NCBI GenBank assembly: GCA_026991575.1
Contig: JALXBF010000029.1
Span: forward strand, 58,099 to 78,098
Source of the DNA: Planctomycetota bacterium
GTDB taxonomy: Bacteria > Planctomycetota > Planctomycetia > JALXBF01
Reading direction: 5' to 3'
Length of the DNA: 20,000 bases
A program made the translations under genes and the position numbers. Below the pieces are notes generated by a model. That model did not search any database, was not told the origin of the DNA, and saw nothing but the letters and a program-made list of their open reading frames with translations. How positions within the stretch are numbered: position 1 is the stretch's first letter; every line of letters starts with the position of its first letter. Of this stretch, positions 18,404 to 20,000 are shown one piece after another.

Positions 18404-19930
18404 CTAATCGACGTCGGCGCGTAGCCCCTGTGCCATCTTGATCTCCCGACCGTAGTTCACCGTCCACGCCACCTCGTGGGTAACCGCCCGATACAGCGCT
18501 GCGGCGGACGGGAAGCCCGTGCCACTTTGTTTCACGCCGCCGAACGGGAGTTGGACCTCTGCGCCGATGCAGGGCAAGTTGACGTAGCCGACACCGAAGT
18601 CGCACTCGTCGCGGAACTGCTTCATTGCCCGATAGTCTTCTGTAATGACCGAGATTGCCAGCCCGTAGGGCGTATCGTTGTAGATCTCGATCGCCTCTTC
18701 GATGGTCGCGAACGGGATCAGTGCCACGTGCGGCGCGAAGACCTCCTCGCGGATGCACCGTAGCTCTGGGGCGTAGTTGATCTTGTACACGAACGGCGCG
18801 ACGAAGTAGCCTTTGTCTCGACCCTCCGAATCGATGCGGCCGCCAGGAAGCAGCACTTCCGCTCCCTCGTCCCGGGCAAGCTGGTTGTAGTACTCGTACT
18901 TCTTGACCGCCTGCTCGTTGATCAGTGGACCGGCAAAAGACCGCTCGTCAAACGGGTCGCCAAACCGCACCCGCTTACTCAGTTGGACGAAGCGGTCTGC
19001 GAACGTGTCATACAGGGTCTCGTGGATGAGGATCCGGCCGGCGGAAACGCACCGCTGACCAGCAGTCTTGTACGCGCTCAGGACCGATGCGTTGACGGCC
19101 AGATCCAGGTCAGCATCCTCCAGCACGATGACCGCACTCTTGGAACCCATCTCGCAGACCGCAAGCTTGCGGTAGTCAGCGGCGCAGATCTGTTTGATCT
19201 TCGAGCCCACCTCGGCGCTGCCGGTGAACGCGACCACGTCGACGTCCGGATGCTCGACCAGTGCAGCACCAGCCTCCTCACCGATGCCATGCACCAGGTT
19301 GATGACTCCGGGCGGGAAGCCAGCCTCGACCATGAGCTCCACGAGCCGCTGGCCCACGGCGGGTGTTTCCTCAGACGGCTTGAAAACAACCGTATTGCCC
19401 TCGATCAGGCTGGGGCCGATCAGCCACAGTGGGATCGCAAACGGAAAGTTCCACGGGCTGATCACGGCCACCACGCCCTTCGGCTTGCGAATCGCGTAGC
19501 TTTCCTTCTCGGATACCTCCGACGGCACCACCGACCCGTACGGCATCCGGCCGGTGCTGAAGACGTACTGCACCATGTGCAGCGCTTCGATCACGTCGGC
19601 GTACGCTTCGTTCCTGACCTTGCCCGACTCGAACGCGACCAGGTCTGTGAGTTCATCGACATGCGCCTTGATGAGCTGGGCGAGTCGGTCGAAGCACTCC
19701 GCGCGGAAGATCCTGCTCTGACTGCGCCAGTGCGGGAAGGCGCGGCGGGCGGCCGTCACGGCGCGATCCACATCCGCTTGGTTGGACCGGGGGAAGATCC
19801 CCACCAGCTCGTCGACGTTGGCTGGATTGCGCGACTCGAACGTCGCGCCGTGCGGCTCTTCCCAGGAGCCGCCGATGTAGTTCCGCCCAGCCAGCGCGGG
19901 ACTCTGCACGCGCCGCGTCGTGGTCGACAT
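18404..19930 (-). CDS. NAD(P)-dependent aldehyde dehydrogenase
   Basis: Motifs ISPWNFP, FKPSEETP, FTGSAEVG, CEMGSKS (catalytic Glu), AGQRCVS (catalytic Cys), EEVFAP, YGLA and PFGGVKQSG. Start moved from 19978 to ATG 19930, which follows GAGGAGG. Confidence 0.95.
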   Translation of the reverse strand: MSTTTRRVQSPALAGRNYIGGSWEEPHGATFESRNPANVDELVGIFPRSNQADVDRAVTAARRAFPHWRSQSRIFRAECFDRLAQLIKAHVDELTDLVAFESGKVRNEAYADVIEALHMVQYVFSTGRMPYGSVVPSEVSEKESYAIRKPKGVVAVISPWNFPFAIPLWLIGPSLIEGNTVVFKPSEETPAVGQRLVELMVEAGFPPGVINLVHGIGEEAGAALVEHPDVDVVAFTGSAEVGSKIKQICAADYRKLAVCEMGSKSAVIVLEDADLDLAVNASVLSAYKTAGQRCVSAGRILIHETLYDTFADRFVQLSKRVRFGDPFDERSFAGPLINEQAVKKYEYYNQLARDEGAEVLLPGGRIDSEGRDKGYFVAPFVYKINYAPELRCIREEVFAPHVALIPFATIEEAIEIYNDTPYGLAISVITEDYRAMKQFRDECDFGVGYVNLPCIGAEVQLPFGGVKQSGTGFPSAAALYRAVTHEVAWTVNYGREIKMAQGLRADVD

Positions 19931-20000
19931 GTTCTGTCCTCCTCGTTGTTCCCGACCGGTCAACGTAACGGTCCGCAACGCGCTACCAAGCCTAGCGCAC

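Overview
GC-rich, gene-dense bacterial window with 14 protein-coding genes. It is most likely from a member of Planctomycetota, inferred from the DUF1501, DUF1549/DUF1553, PPC-repeat and sulfatase genes. I see no rRNA, tRNA, CRISPR array or mobile element. Gene order: a TMTC-like GT-C glycosyltransferase truncated by the window edge (-, absent from the ORF track); a PIG-L/LmbE deacetylase (+); a tight minus-strand operon of sulfatase, Tat-signal TIM-barrel isomerase and a signal-peptide-bearing fusion of an MBL-fold hydrolase with a D-2-hydroxyacid dehydrogenase; a divergent EEP phosphatase/nuclease (+); an OPT transporter with a closely linked small membrane protein (-); a divergent planctomycete module (DUF1501 and PPC-repeat protein on -, DUF1549/1553 and Tat beta-propeller on +) around an inverted-repeat element that may be a bidirectional promoter; a 54-aa FmdB zinc-ribbon gene (-, absent from the ORF track); and an aldehyde dehydrogenase (-). 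The best leads for undescribed biology are the apparently exported MBL-dehydrogenase fusion and its operon, the four-gene DUF1501/PPC/DUF1549/propeller module, and the OPT accessory protein. All family calls come from motif recognition by eye; no searches were run.
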